A stretch of 48,155 nucleotides of DNA, taken from NCBI RefSeq assembly GCF_000315625.1, contig NW_005434544.1, positions 136,244 through 184,398 of the forward strand. The letters are read 5' to 3'. The notes below the pieces were generated by a model, which saw nothing but the letters and a program-made list of their open reading frames with translations, was not told the DNA's origin and did not search any database. The position numbers were made by a program, and so were the translations under genes. This document shows, piece by piece, positions 11,846-23,833 of this stretch. How positions within the stretch are numbered: the first letter of the stretch is position 1; each line of letters opens with the position of its first letter. This DNA is from Guillardia theta CCMP2712 (Eukaryota; Protista; Cryptophyta).

Positions 11846-12876
11846 CCCAGCAAGATATTAGAGGAACTCTCCGGAGAGCTGACAAGTGATCTTGATTAAA
11901 GTCTTGCTTGTGTCAGCATCAACAAGTTACCCGGCACGTCGAGGTGCTTTAGGACCTCACAGACCAAATTAGGCATCTTCGACTCGTTGAAGGAGACATG
12001 GCAAGGAACCAAGGATCAGTATTCGGCCAAGAAGCAGCAAGAAATGTTTCATGCCATGGTATTGCGCGTGTGCCTCCCTTCCCACTTCCCTCACCCCTTC
12101 CTGCAGGTGGGGCAGCTGATCAAGAAAGAGAAGTTCGATCTTGATGACCTCCATGATATCTTCAAGTCAGATCTCCTCCTCCTCCTCCTCCTCGTCCTCC
12201 TCCTCCTCCTCCTCCTCCTCCTCCTCCTCCTCCTCCTCCTCCTCCTCCTCCATTGACGAGCTCTGCCCAGGCAAGGCGCCGAGCAGTCCGGCGTGAACAG
12301 CTGGAGGCAGCACCTGCCGGGAGTGAAGAACTCACCGGAGATGCTGCAGCTGTGAGTGTGTCCTCTGACCGCCGGGCGACGTGACTATCCTGCCAGTCAA
12401 GAGACCATGAGCGTGCTCGACGTTATCCCTCCCGAGTTCCGCCGCGAGCCCGACAGGCTGAAAGCTGAAGAGGTGCTGGGCTGAGCTTGTCAAGGCATCG
12501 AGCTGAGGCTGTTGAGCAGAAGGCGAGGCTGGCGAAGTCGACGGGGAAGTCAGTGATGGAAATCAACAAAGTGCTGAAAAGATTCGACGTGACCTCCCTG
12601 CTCCACTTGTTTTCCAGCTCGCTGACGTGTCAGGCAGGAGCTGAAGATGCTTCACGGCTGGCTGAGGAAGCGAGCTCTTTCTGGGAAGCCGCTGCCTACG
12701 GTAGCTGGGGAGGTGCTGGGAGCGCAGAATTCTTAACTTTGAGAGCAGAACAGCAGGGAGTTGGCGATGATGGCGATGGAACCTGTGAGTGTTGTCGTGC
12801 TGTTCGACTCAGAGCATGCAGTGATAGCAGCTTGCAGGGGAGCGGCTTCCAGATGAAGACGAAGTTCAAGAGGTGA
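11179..12876 (+). CDS. Small protein: mitochondrial-type presequence plus stand-alone SRP54/Ffh M-domain (mL105-like); 9 exons
   Basis: Spliced: MSKMHGLACLLRGGATIARSSINKLPGTSRCFRTSQTKLGIFDSLKETW...KFDLDDLHDIFKQ..HLPGVK..MSVLDVIPPEFRREPDRLKAEEKARLAKSTGKSVMEINKVLKRFDELKML...GSGFQMKTKFKR*. It aligns by eye with the Ffh M-domain pattern FxLxDF..MxPG..IIxSMTxxERxxPxxIxxSRxxRIAxGSGxxVxEVNxLLKQF. All introns are GT-AG and in phase. Confidence 0.75.
11242..11850. repeat. Compound microsatellite intron: (GAGATGGA/GAGATGAA)n, (GAT/GAC)n, (TGTTGG)n, (GCAGGA)n
   Basis: Directly visible, filling intron 1 (11241-11916) of the M-domain gene. Confidence 0.95.
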
Positions 12877-13142
12877 GGGGAGGGATAGGGGACAGCCTCT
12901 TGGTAGAAGTTGAAGAGTTGAGAAGAGCGATTGAAAGCAAGCTCTTGGTAGCACAAGTAGTTGTCGGTGAGTCAATCTCGTCCGTTGATGGGTCTATACT
13001 TCCTTCCCCCAGCAGCACAGTCTCTCACGCAGCATCGTCATCGCCCTTGTATTACTCTACACCTTGTACACATCGCATTCGACCTCCCTAGTTGTCGTTA
13101 CAACCCCTCGCCCTCCCCACCTCCGGCCCAGCAGCTCGCACG

Positions 13143-13905
13143 TCAAGAGGAGCTGAGAACTCTCGGGCTCCTAGTGACTTCCAACTTTCTTGCTGACTTA
13201 GGGGGACGAGGAGAGCTCTTCGACCTCTCTGACGGAGGAGTGGGAGGGGGCCGGGCTCCCCTCAAGCAGCTGATGGAGAGCAGGACGTTGAAGATGGTGT
13301 CTTTGTCGCTGCCTTCCCCTCCTATCAGCAAGTTCAACGAGCTATCTGCTGCTCGACTCAGGCTCAGAGCAGGGAGGTGGCGAGGAGAAGTTGTCTGCGA
13401 CAAGCTCCTTCCTTGTGTGCTTGCAAGCATGTGCTTCAGGTACAGGTCCCTCATCCCTTCCAACTTTGCAAGCGTCACATCCTCCGGCTCGTTCGTCCCC
13501 TTCGCCCCGATCGACTCTCTGATCCTGCTGCGCTTCATTCTCACCTCCTCCTCAGCAGCTGCAGCCATCTCCTCGTGACCCCCCGAGCTGTTCCAGTCGA
13601 AGACGCTGCAGAACTCCTTGAGTCCGATCAGGTTGCTAAGGCCGACCACGTAGAACAAGGTCGACCCCTGCAACTTCTTCATCCCGCACATCTGCAGCCC
13701 CGCGGCGAGAGCGAAGGGCGAGATCGCCTTGGCGTCGTCAGGCTTTAGCAGCATGAACGCCTGGGCCACGTTGCGGAAGAGGCAGCGGAGCACGAGTTTG
13801 ATCCTCTCTACCACCTGCGACTTGAACTCGTCCGAAGTTCGGCTCTGCTCCTTGAGGTACTTGTTGGCTTTCGGGCTTCTCGGCACCTTGCAGCTGAAAA
13901 CCGAC

Positions 13906-13940
<35 letters not shown>

Positions 13941-16900
13941 CGGGAGGTAGTTGGACAACCTAAGCGCTTCTCTGTATCTCTCAAGCTTCACGCTAATACG
14001 GTCCCCTCCTTCTTGCCGCCCGCTCGCGAAGGAGGCAGATCTGGAGGCGGCGGGTCGGACTGTGACGGTGTCGGGGGAGGAGCACAGGTCCTCCTTCCCC
14101 TCCTCGAGCGTGTCGACATGCGAGAGTAGCGCAGCTGAGCTCGACCACCTGGTGAAGCTTGCGGAGGTCTTGAAGGAGAGCGACTTGCCGAGCTTGCCCG
14201 GCGAGCCGTTCTTCCCCTCCTTCTGTCGTTGGATGTCGGCGACGCTCCACCTCCGGTCTCGAGGCCTGGCGTCGCCTCTGCTGCTCCCTGCGCATGGCAT
14301 CAGGTCCAGCTGGCCTCCAGCTCGACTCACCCACGGACGACTCGAGGCCCGGAAAGATGGGCTTGGTGCTGACTGAGAGAGCGTGAGAGAGCGACAAGGA
14401 CGAGAGGGAGGGGTCATGCATGCGTGAGGGAGGGGTCAGGCATGCGTGAGGGAGGGGTCATGCATGCGTGAGGGAGGGGTCAGGCATGCGTGAGGGAGGG
14501 GTCAGGCATGCGTGAGGGAGGGGTCATGCATGCGTGAGGGAGGGGTCATGCATGCGTGAGGGAGGGGTCAGGCATGCGTGAGGGAGGGGTCATGCATGCG
14601 TGAGGGAGAGCATGGTGGAGGGAGGGGTCAGGCATGCGTGAGGGAGGGGTCAAGCATGGAGAAGGGAGGGGTCACCTATCCTGAGGGTAGGAGAGGTCTC
14701 GCGGTTCGAGGTGGTCTCATCGGAGCCGGAGGCTTGCTTCTTGGATTCTTCGAGAGCGAAGTACTTGGGCATGGCGCTGTCAGCGACGTACTTGGCGACC
14801 TTCTCAGCTTGCTTGAAGCTCAGCATGGCGTGGAATTCCAAGAAGCTGTCGTAGCTGATGGACGCAACCTCGCAGTCGTAGTGCGCCTTGATGGTGGCCG
14901 TGCGGGTGGAGCAGAACTGGTCGATCAGCCCGAGCTCTCCGATCTCCTGACCCCTCGAGATGTAGGCGGCGACGTTGTTGTTGATGACTATGAGAGCGAT
15001 GCCGCTGAGCAGGATGAAGAGATTGTCCGCCGACTCCCCCTGCCGGCACAGGATCTCCCCCTGCTTCAGCCTCTGGTACGTCGAGATGGCTGCAAGGCTC
15101 CTGATCTCCGACATGGTGAACAGCCCCAGGATCCCCTTCCTCCTGCTCATGAACTCCAGGTAGCAGATCTCGATGCTCTTCGCCGCGTTCCCGTACTGCG
15201 ACCAGTTCTCCCTCCCGATGGCGTCAGAGTGCGCCAGGTACGACCGCAAACCGCTCTCAAACTTTGCCCCCAGCAGCCTCACGTAGTCCGCAAACTTCTG
15301 GTACTGGAAGAGCAGCACAAACGTCACGACCTCAGCTCGGAACGAGGCCCCTCGCAGCTGCTCCATGCCCGGTGTCATCAGCCCCAGGTCACCGAAAGCC
15401 TGCCAAGCCTCTCATGCTCGGAACCCTCCTCCTCCCTCTGCTAGCTCCCATCTCCCCCGCAAACTCGAGCTGGTTCTCACCTGGCCTCTGCTGAGGTTGG
15501 AGACTTCTCTGCGGTTGTAGAGGACCTTGATGCATCCTGACGGGCAGTCAGCGTGAGAGAGGAGGAGGAGCAGCCGACCTGTCAACACGAACCCAAACTC
15601 ATCCCCCTCGCTGTTCTGCTCCCAGATGAACTGCTCGCGGTCGAAGCCTTGCAGCACGCAAATCTCCATTAGGCGGATCACGTCCCACGCCGACAGGTTG
15701 GCATGGTCCAGGATCTTGAGCAGCCCCGTCCCGTGCTGTATTTGATCCACCAGGTACTTGAAGATGGCCACCTTGGCTGCGGGAAGGAACTGAGAGCTGT
15801 CGGGGACGTCGAGGCTAGCAAGGAAGTCAAGGGTCAAACTTTTCTCAGCTCGAGAGGCACCTGCGAGGCAACTTCATGACGAGCTCGAGCTCGTTCAGGG
15901 GGTTCGATGCTTCTGACATCATCTCCTGCAGGTCCTCAGGAGTCTTGTCGTTGTCGTACACCTCAAGCAGCGACTTCTCGATGATTTCTCGCCGCTCAGC
16001 TATCGGCATCTCGTTGCTCTTGGAAACGGTTCGGCCGAGATTCTCCAGCGGCTCCTCCTGCTCGTTCAACGCTGCTGGCTGGTCGAAGACGGAGAAGTTC
16101 TGGTCCCCCAGCTTCTCGTAGGCCACATGCTGTAGCAGACTCCAGAAGTCGAGGTCCTGCAGAGCGGTCATGCAAGCGCAGGCGATCTCCTCCCCCACCT
16201 GGTGGCTCATGTTCTCGCAGGCATCCTCCAGCTCGATCAGGACGACGTGCATGTACTCCATCTTCTTGGACTGCTGCTGGAGCCGTGCCTTCCGCAGCTG
16301 AACGAACCTGAAGCTCTGCCGGATGAGCCTGAAGGTCAAGTCCAACGTCTCCTGCTGCGACTCGATGGATGACATGAGTCGGCTGGACGATCCAGTCAGA
16401 GCCAGAACAAGCTCATAGCATAACAAGCTCATAGCATAACAAGCTCATAGCATAACAAGCTCATAGCATAACAAGCTCATAGCATAACAAGCTCATGGCA
16501 TAACAAGCTCATAGCATAACAAGCTCATAGCATAACAAGCTCATAGCATAACAAGCTCATAGCATAACAAGCTCATAGCATAACAAGCTCATAGCATAAC
16601 AAGCTCATAGCATAACAAGCTCATAGCATAACAAGCTCATAGCATAACAAGCTCATGGCATAACAAGCTCATAGCATAACAAGCTCATAGCATAACAAGC
16701 TCATAGCATAACAAGCTCATAGCATAACAAGCTCATAGCATAACAAGCTCATAGCATAACAAGCTCATAGCATAACAAGCTCATAGCATAACAAGCTCAT
16801 AGCATAACAAGCTCATAGCATAACAAGCTCATAGCATAACAAGCTCATAGCATAACAAGCTCATAGCATAACAAGCTCATAGCATAACAAGCTCATAGCA

Positions 16901-19900
16901 TAACAAGCTCATAGCATAACAAGCTCATAGCATAACAAGCTCATAGCATAACAAGCTCATAGCATAACAAGCTCATAGCATAACAAGCTCATAGCATAAC
17001 AAGCTCATAGCATAACAAGCTCATGGCATAACAAGCTCATAGCATAACAAGCTCATAGCATAACAAGCTCATAGCATAACAAGCTCATAGCATAACAAGC
17101 TCATAGCATAACAAGCTCATAGCATAACAAGCTCATAGCATAACAAGCTCATAGCATAACAAGCTCATGGCGTCACCTGGTTGATTCGATCTCGCGGAGG
17201 AGGGCGTTGACGTTTTCCTTGCAGGTCTTGGCGTAGGACCGTCGCTGCCTGAAGTTGGAGAGCGTGTTGGCTTCAGCCTCGATGATCCTCGAGAACTCGG
17301 AGAACATCCGCCCGAAGTGCTCCTGCGCCTCCTGGCTGCTCTGAATGAAGTCAAAGTCAAAGTCAGGCGACTCCTCCTCCCCCGCCATCTTCGATCGGAA
17401 TATCCCCGCAGAGAGCTCCGCCTGCGAGATCTCCCGCATCTCGTTGTTGATCTCCTTGATGACGTCGTTGAGGCTCACTTCCGACAGGTGCGTCTTCTGA
17501 CTGCACAAGTCCATCGTCTTGTCGTGCAGGTTGACCTCGAAGCGAGCGTCGCAGTACTCGCACAGCTCGTAAATCAACATCTCTTGGTAGGCTCGCTTCT
17601 TCTCGAAGTCCAAGAAAGTCTCAACTGCTTGCAACACATTGTTCTGCGCGTTGGAAAACTCCTGCTCGGCTTCATCCTGCAAGGTCTTGCTTCTCCCCAG
17701 CTGCTTCTTCAGCGCCTTCTTCTCCAAGTTGAGGTCGTCTTTCTCAGCTGACAGCTCGTCCAGCTGACCCTTGACATTTTCTGCGTCCTGCATGCCGACT
17801 TATCAACGCCTGCAGCAGCGCCCCAGCACGAGACCTCAGCAATGGCAGCAGCTTGCTCAGAATACTCGATCATGGCCCTGTGAACGAGCTGCCGCACCTC
17901 CTCGCTCGTCTGGCAGCCCTCAAGTCAGCAGGCACGCACAAGGCAAGAGCTGCAGGACCTTCAACAGCTGGCGAATCCTCAGGGCCAGGTAGTGCACCCT
18001 CCCGCGATGACCTCTGAAGTGCCTCTGAACCCTGTTGGCGGACTGGAGGAGCACGGGTCAAGGAGGGAGGGAGGAGGAGGGAGTGACATGGATCATGAGC
18101 TCGGAGGAGAGGTCGATGGGAGAATGATTCTCTATCTTCTTCTCCAGCTGCAGCACTCTGAAGCATCACCGTCAGGAGTACAAGACCAACGAGCCATGGC
18201 AGACTCGCCGCTTCATCGACTTGAGATGCTCAAAGTCAAAGATGTTGCTCTGAGCAAGAGGAGCGATCAGGGAGGAGGCAGACTCGTCTTGACGCTCTCT
18301 CACCTGACTTTCTTCCCACCAGTTCTTGGCTGGGTTGCGGCTGAGATAACGATTCCACCGGCACTCGTTCGCTACGTCCCGAAACAGCAGGAAGTATCTG
18401 TTGAGAAGGACCAGCTCGTCCTTCTCGTCCTTCTCCCTGTTGCTAGCTCCTGCCAGCCACACAAGCGTGAGAACAGAGAGCAGCCCAGTGACGTTGCGGA
18501 CTTCTCGAGCAGATCTTCTCCAACAGCTCTTCGTTGCTGAGACATCTCGGCAGGTCTGGCTTGAAACTCCCGTCATAAACTAGTTTCGTGCCGAGGCGCC
18601 TTGGAAACCCGCCAGACCGGACACTGGGTCTAATCAGAGGGAGGAAGACAGCAACTCGTTCACTACACCTGCTCGTCATGCTGGAAGTAAAGGAAGGGCT
18701 GCTGGTCCTTCTCATAAGAGGAGATTTCATGTCTTGAATCGATCTTTGAAGGACGTAGGCTGTCAAGGTCATCAGCCCCTTCCATGTCAACCCGATCGCT
18801 TCACCAGGTAAGATCGACGAGCCCACTCTATTCAACTTCGCCGAGTATTTCCAGGAAAGCGACAGCCTGTAGTTGTTGGAATTTCCCATCTTATCCTTCA
18901 TCGCTTGCCACTCTGCTTTCGGGCAGAAGTCCAGGGCAGGAACAATGACGATCCTGGGGACAAGTGAGGGAGTCTCAGTCTCTGCCAGCAGACCTCACCT
19001 GCATATCCCGATGTCCACGTTGTTCTCACTCAGCCATTTCTCATCATCATTGGATTCAACTCTCGACGCCTTCAGCTCGAACTGTACTTCCTTGTCTGCT
19101 TGAAATACGCGGAAGTACAACCCCTCCCCCCATGCTCCCGCCTTCTTGATGTCCCCTTTGGTCAGGATGGACTTCTTTCTGCTGTACTCAGCCGTGACCA
19201 TCTCAGCGGAGAGAAGAACTCGACCCGTCTGCTCCAGCATCATCAGCATGCTCCATGGCAAGCCGAACCACCTCTTGATGCGACTTGTCGTCCAAGTTCA
19301 CCAGCCCATGCACCCTGAAGTGAAGATGACCCATCTCTCCCTGTCATGCTTCAGAAGGCGAAGCAAACACGTACAGTGACATTCGTCACCATGTCTGAGG
19401 TGAAAACCGTCTCCTTGGTCTGCTTCGCGTTTATTCTTCTCATCTCGTCTTGGCGCAGACTGATGACACTATCAACACTTTGAGCATCGTTGTTGTCTGA
19501 GTTCAGGGTCTGCGTATCAAAGCGCGTCAGGCGAAGAGACGGAGCACGACAGCCAACTACAGCGGGTTTGTTTGATTTCATCCAATCACCAAGCTTCTTT
19601 CTCGTCTTCCCCTCGTTGGGATCTTTTCGTTCGTTCATGTGGTCGTCAATGCCATAAGCGGAAGCGGATCCTGGCCTGCTTGCTTCTTGGTTGGGCTTCA
19701 GTCCGTACTGAGACGCTCTAGAGTCAGCTCGTTTCTCCCACATCAACACACGTCAGATTCACACGAGCAGAGCATGCTAAGGCATGGAGAGAAGGATTAG
19801 CGACAGCGAAGGTGGGCAGATCGAAAGAGCAGGAAGGAATGGGTGAGGAGAGGGAGGGAGAGAAGAGGGAGGAGGGAGGAGGGGAGGAAGATGTGCGTTC

Positions 19901-19978
19901 GCATCCAACCTTCCTCTGCTTCAGCATTGTCTTCTTCCTAGTCAAGATCGCATCCGCCATGCCCTCCTCCTCCAACAT
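13143..19978 (-). CDS. Large multi-exon protein with IQ motif, coiled coil, two cyclic-nucleotide-binding domains and a C-terminal EF-hand-like region (could be more than one gene)
   Basis: IQ-like ANRVQRHFRGHRGR (~18000-18040); coiled coil at 17180-17790; CNB1 IWEQNSEGDEFGFVLTG..AFGDLGL..RGAS; CNB2 LCRQGESADNLFILLSG..IGELGLI..RTATIKA; EF-like NVAQAFMLLKPDDAKAISPFALAAGL. Confidence 0.7.
14404..14660. repeat. 22-bp intronic minisatellite GAGGGAGGGGTCA(T/G)GCATGCGT, about 11 copies
   Basis: Period of 22 is directly visible. Confidence 0.95.
16407..17171. repeat. 16-bp intronic minisatellite GCTCATAGCATAACAA, about 47 copies
   Basis: Period of 16, near-perfect, with occasional GCTCATGG variants. 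It lies inside a minus-strand GT-AG intron at about 16383-17176. Confidence 0.97.
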
Positions 19979-20369
19979 GGCGACGGAATTCCGTAAACAA
20001 GCTATATGGATAGATGTAGGTAGGGTGGTAATTCATCTGGAATTAAACCCCTCATTTTACTATTTCTGAATGAGGTGGGGTGGTGTCATGATGGGGTAGG
20101 GTACTTCTGCGGCCCTAACCGTACATGTGACTTTTTCAACAGATCGGGGTAACAGGGCAGAGCAGGGAGGGCGAGAAAAGGGAGGGCAAGAAAGGGGAGG
20201 GGAGGGAGAAGAGGGGAGAAGAGGGGAGAAGAGGGGAGAAGAGGGGAGGGAGGGGAGAAGAGGGGAGGGAGGGGAGATGAGGGGAGAAGAGGGGAGAAGA
20301 GGGGAGGAAGGGGAGGGAGTGAGTGTGATAGGATAAGATGAATACATGTCTGAGGATGGCAATCTGTAC

Positions 20370-21890
20370 TAAGATGCGAAAGAGTTACAGGAATTATACT
20401 TTTGGCATTCAGTTTGTTTGCCACAGATCTCTCAAGACATTTTGTCTCCGCAATGTCGTACGAGGAGAAAAAAGGTGCAGACATTGAAATCAGAGGTTTA
20501 TTTCTTCTTACCTTCTTGTAGTGGTTCTGGATTCTTTAAGACAACAAACTCTGAGAAGTTGTAGCCAGATATGTTTCTCTTCTCCGTTGCATTCACCAAC
20601 TGCCCTACAATCTCGCCCTTGATCACCTGAGACACAATCTTCATACAAACAGGCTTCGAATCAGGTTCCTCACGCTGAATTGAACTCCTTTCGTCCCATG
20701 GAAAGTGAAGCCGTCGCCCTGTAAGGGATACAAGTGCAGGGAGGGAGAGGGAGTCAGTCAGGAAGGGAGAGACGGGGAGGGGAGGGGGAGAAAGACGGAA
20801 GGAGGGAGGGCGGCATAGACGTGAGGTAGGGAAGCAGGGAAGGGCGAACGAATGAGGGAGGAGAAGAGGGGAAAGAGGGGAGGCAGTGGAAGGCTGGGTG
20901 AGGGCTTTGGAAATCCATCACTTACATGCAGTTGGATCGAGACGGGATTCAACGCATTCCTGAAGGTGATAACTCCATCTTTCATGCTTGCTATCCAGAA
21001 CACCTTGTTGTATCTGAGTTGAGTGAAACAACCTGTTATCGACACTTCGGTGGAAAGAAACAAGACCTGATACCTGTTAAAGAACCTGTACTTTGGAATC
21101 CCCCTTTTCGTGGATTTCTTGAGCGAGCTTGCGAGATCATCACATGCGAGCTTGTCTTGAAACTCCACCGACCCATCTTCCCACACCCATCTGCATCAGC
21201 AGGCATCACATCCTGCAAAGTGGTTGATCGCGAAGGCTTGCCGCGGTTGTTCGCTATCCCTCGTTCGGAAAGCAATGCCTCCTCCGCTTCCATGCCCAAA
21301 CTCCACTACCGTATCGTACATGACATGCCGATAAGAGGTGCAGTTGACCCGCACCACCATGTCCTGTCGCCCCTGATGGTCAGAGCGCTTGGCGGTCAGA
21401 GGCCTCGCACATGATGGATCACCTTCCCTTCTCCGTACCCCCAGACCCAATTCGATGACGTAGTCTGATCGCTTCCATCGCTCTCACCGAAATCCTCACC
21501 CTTGTTGCTCACATGTGTGAATGCCACTGCCAGCGCAATCGAAAACACGACAAGAAAAGGAACGTGGACGATTTCATTCACGCGCCTGTAGTAAGTCATA
21601 GCGCTGATTGGAGGAGTGTGAATCAGAAAGCCATGCGGTATAGAGTCAGTGAGCAAACCTACGAAAGATGCTTTGTTTTCCTCGTCTTGATGGAGGGCGT
21701 CGGACCTGATTAAAATACAAACATTGGAAACTCGCCAGCACACCAACAAGAAGAGGAAGCCGACAGCAGTGTTTAAGGAGCGAAGAGACAAGAGGGGAGG
21801 CGTAAGAGAGTATAGCATAGGACTTACAACGCTCTTGTTTTCTTTCTCTTCCTCCTCCCTCCCCGCGTTCCTCCTCCGACTTTCTTGCAT
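20370..21890 (-). CDS. Hypothetical multi-exon protein with one predicted TM segment; ends uncertain
   Basis: Open exons are joined by ~50-nt introns, including a GC-AG at 21191-21241. Hydrophobic stretch IVHVPFLVVFSIALAVAF. No recognised family. Confidence 0.45.
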
Positions 21891-21939
21891 GACGTAACCC
21901 AGTGTCAAGCTTAGCCCTCATCCCCGCCACCCCCCGAAA

Positions 21940-22580
21940 CTCCGGACCGTGGTGTGAACTTCCGAACCGTCGGTCCGAGTCCCGGGCATCCCGGCCCGCC
22001 GGGCCGGGCGGGCCGGAACGGGCCAGCGAGGCTGACGGTCGCCGGGCCGCGCCCGGCCGTGTATGCCTATGCGGGGCCGATCCCGGCGGGCACACTCAGG
22101 CTCAGCGGCGGGGCGGGCTAGGCTGACTCGGACGCCGGCCGGGGGCCCGGCGGCCCGGGCCCGGCCCCCCGCCTGGCGCCGGCCCCTCACCGTAGCACTC
22201 AGTGACTGTCAGGGCATGCGGCCCCACCCCCCGAATCCCCCACTCGGCCGCGCCCCGCCGGCCCGCCGGCCCCTCAGGCTGGCGGCCGGGCTCAGCGGCG
22301 CGCTGCGGCAGCCGGCCGCTGAGCTGAGTCGGGCCGAGCCGGACCGGGACTCTGTCCGCCGACCGTATCGGACTCAGTCACGGCGCCGGAGTCACTGAGT
22401 TACCGACGGTGCGGCGGCATCACACTGTGACGCGGGGGCCCGGGCCGGGCGGAGAACTTCGGAAGTCCGTGGTCGCCGCCGCCGCGGTGCGCCCTCAGCT
22501 GACTCAGGCAGTGAGGGAAGGGGCCCGGGGGCCCGGGGGGTTCAACGGTTCCCGTTCACTGTCACTGACACAGTGTTGGC
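21940..22580. other. GC-rich palindrome-dense intergenic island 2
   Basis: Same word composition as island 1. Confidence 0.6.
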
Positions 22581-23833
22581 TGACGGACAACCCCTATAGA
22601 TAAGATAGAGTAGTGGATAGGGGTGGTGACGGTGAATTATAAGGGCGGGGAGGTAGATACGGTTGTAGTCCCGCATTGGAAGAGAGGTGGTTTCGTCTTG
22701 CTGAGGGAACGAGAAGAGTCTCGGGGATGTAGAGGATCGATCAGAGGGGTACTTTAAGAGGGATAGAGGGGGGTGCAAGAGAGGAGAGGGTTGTTCGTAC
22801 GACTATTGCGAGTTGAGAAGATGTAGCACGACCCCCACCCACCCATAAATACCCACCCCCAGTTGGTGTAACCGGAACACCATCACCCCTATCCACTCTT
22901 AGAGTTTTTTAGCAATCATCGGGTCACCCACCCCTGGTCTAAAGCCCTTTTACCTACCTCACTGAACCCACCGACTCCTGCAAGCTGATTTGACTAATAA
23001 ATTTCATTTTACATGTTCCGCCCGATCATTCAGAGGGACCCCCGTACCCTCATGATTACCCAGACACTACCCACCCCTCACTGGACACTCTACTTCCATA
23101 TTAAAAAAGAAGTCCATGTAAGATAGCAACGTTTCGTTTGACCACCCCTTCTGTATTGTCCCACCCCGATACGGAAGTCTCATCATTGCACTTTGACCCC
23201 TCTGCCCTCCACCCCCACCTCATACGCTGTACCCCAACCCACGGCAATCTCCGATTGCTCCTATTCTACACCTAATCTGAAAGTGGATGTGATTTCATCT
23301 TTGGGCAGGGCGATAAAAGAAGGGGTGCTGACAGTTTTTGTGGACCCCTCACCCCCTTTTGTGACCCCCACTGTCCTTTGACCCCTCCATATTTCTCCAC
23401 ACCCACCCCGTTTCCTCCCCCTCACCAATTATTCTTACTATTTTGACTACCCCACCCCAACCGCTCACGACCATTTTTAAGGCTCCGGAACGTCTTCACC
23501 ATTCCCCACGTTGCCCATATCGTTGCCTCCACCGCCGCCTCCCGTTCCGCTCAGAGACTGAGGGACCCTTCTCCCTCCCTCCCTCCCTCCCTCCCTCCTC
23601 CTCCTCCTCTTCTCTGCATACATCCCACTATCCTCTCCAATCCTTGAGCCTCGGGTACGGTTGTAAGGGTCTGCCTGAGCGGCAAACGAATTTCTTTGTT
23701 GGAGCAAGTTCGTACCCTTGTGGTACAGACCTACCTGCTCCGTGCGGCTGCAACGTGCTTGTGAAGTTGTTTGTTCGCACCCTTTCTATATCTCAAAGAT
23801 ACCGCTGACTTGTCTTCATTCGTGGAAGATAGC

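Noticed and set aside
14578-15444. 288-aa plus-strand ORF (also 12961-13578, 20926-21414 and 17317-17751)
   Set aside because: Antisense shadows of minus-strand exons.
16407-17171. CRISPR-like or telomeric array
   Set aside because: Units are contiguous with no spacers, there are no cas genes or telomeric G-runs, and it lies in an intron.
21646-22603. Arg/Pro/Gly/Ala-rich ORFs in GC islands (also 7271-7753 and 34657-35115)
   Set aside because: Expected by chance in high-GC DNA with few stop codons; no domain or splice support.
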